Assembly: GCA_963783385.1 (NCBI GenBank)
Contig: CAWANJ010000001.1
Location: 672,001 to 736,000 of the forward strand
DNA length: 64,000 nucleotides
Source: an uncultured Gemmatimonadales bacterium
GTDB lineage: Bacteria; Gemmatimonadota; Gemmatimonadetes; Palauibacterales; Palauibacteraceae
Direction of reading: 5' to 3'
A program made the translations under genes and the position numbers. This document shows positions 62,723 to 64,000 of this stretch, piece by piece. The stretch's first letter is position 1. The number at the start of each line of letters is the position of its first letter. Below the pieces are notes generated by a model. The model worked only from the letters and a program-made list of their open reading frames with translations. It ran no database searches and had not been told where the DNA came from.

Positions 62723-64000
62723 TCAGGCCTGCGGCAGCACCGGCAGCTCGCGGACCCGGGTCCCGGTGAGCGCGAACCAGGCGTTGGTGAGCGCCGGGGC
62801 CGCGGGCGGGAGGGCCGGCTCGCCGACCCCGCCCGGGTCCTCGCGGCTGTCCACGATGTGGACGTCGACCGCGGGCGCCTCGTCCATGCGCAGGAGCGGG
62901 TAGCCGCCGAAGTTCCCCTGCACCACGCTTCCCTCCCGGAGCGTGATCTTCCCGTACAGGGCGGCGGCGAGCCCCGCGATCACCGAGCCGGCGTATTGCG
63001 ACTCGACAATGTTGGGGTGGACGACGATGCCGCAGTCGGCCACCACGGTCACCCGGTGCACGCGCGGCTGGCCGTTCTCGCTGGAGACCTCGGCGATCTC
63101 CGCCACCCGGCCGCCCTTGTCGCGCACGAGGGCGACGCCGCGGGCCCGGCCGGCCGGGAGCGGCTTCCCCCAGCCCGCCCGCTCGGCGGCCATCTCCAGC
63201 ACGCGCTTCACGCGCGGCTCGCCGTCCAGGAGCTCGAGCCGGAACTCGACCGGGTCGCGCCCGGCGGCGTGGGCGAGCTCGTCGACGAAGCTCTCCATGA
63301 CCCACGTGTTCTGGGAGGGGCCCACCGAGCGCCAGTAGCCGGTCGGCACCGGGATGCCCGAGTAGCGGTAGTCGACCCGGAGGTTGGGGATCGAGTAGGC
63401 GCTGTTCGCGATGCCGTCCACCGCGCTCCGGTTCACCTCGCCCGCGCGGCCGCGGCCGTCCTGCACCCCAATGGGCGGGGCGGCCACGCGCGCGTCGAGG
63501 GCCGAGAGGCGCCCCTTCGCATCGACCGCGCCCTGCATGCGGTAGTGGCTGATGGGCCGGTACTCGTCGTGGCGCATGTCCTCCTCGCGCGTCCACACGA
63601 GCTGCACCGGCGCGCCGACCGCCTTGGCGGTCTCGACCGCGTCCCTCACGTAGTCGACGCTGCCGCGCCGGCCCCAGCCGCAGCCGACGAAGGTCACGTG
63701 CACGTCCACGTTCGGACACGTCGAGGCCGGTGACGTCGGCCGCCACGCGCTGGGCGCCCTGCGGGTTCTGGGTGGAGGCCCACACCTCGCAGCGGCCCTT
63801 CTCCACCCGGGCCGTGGTCACCATGGGCTCCATGGTGGCGTGGGCCAGGTAGGGGGTGACGTAGCGCGCCTGGACCCGGTGCGCGCCCGAGGCGAGCGCG
63901 CTCGGCCACGTCGCCGTCGTTCCTGGCCACCGCGGCCTTCGACCCCTCGAGCAGCCCGTCGAGCTCGGCGGCGATCGCCTTCGAGTCCATGCCGAAGCCG
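62723..64000 (-). CDS. Xanthine dehydrogenase family molybdopterin-binding subunit (IorB-like), 3' part, frameshifts ~63715 and ~63900
   Basis: LAHATMEP, WASTQNP, WTREEDM, WRSVG, ESFVDELA, GGVGEP, NAWFALTGTRVRELP. Confidence 0.88.

Overview
Very GC-rich bacterial chromosomal window, mostly housekeeping genes. Gene content and style suggest an FCB-group organism such as Gemmatimonadota (inference, not verified). In order: AGCS amino-acid symporter (partial), a motif-degenerate DEAD-box/DbpA-RBD protein, HU, a K+ channel, mtgA, a DUF222-HNH nuclease, a PspA-like protein, csoR-copA, apgM, a full ccmABCDEFGH operon, a sigma-70 factor, DsbA-VKOR, a gyrA-led coupled operon, ferritin-like, amidohydrolase and M16 peptidase pairs, uvrA, marR/doxX/FMN reductase, C1A and S9 peptidases, an ABC exporter, waaA, an orphan adenine MTase, infC (ATC start), leuS, metY, a CDF transporter, queE, mobile mystery proteins A/B and a partial xanthine-dehydrogenase-family subunit. 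Scattered single-base frameshifts, including in essential gyrA and leuS, point to indel errors in the assembly. I saw no rRNA, tRNA, CRISPR array, integrase or transposase. Best lead: the DUF222-HNH gene contains four related 16-22 bp palindromes shaped like parS, and its N-terminus reads like a ParB/Spo0J helix-turn-helix. Other leads: a probably ATPase-dead DEAD-box protein, clustered D-(S/T)-x O-glycosylation-like sequons in exported proteins, and candidate non-AUG starts. All family calls are by motif recognition, not database search.
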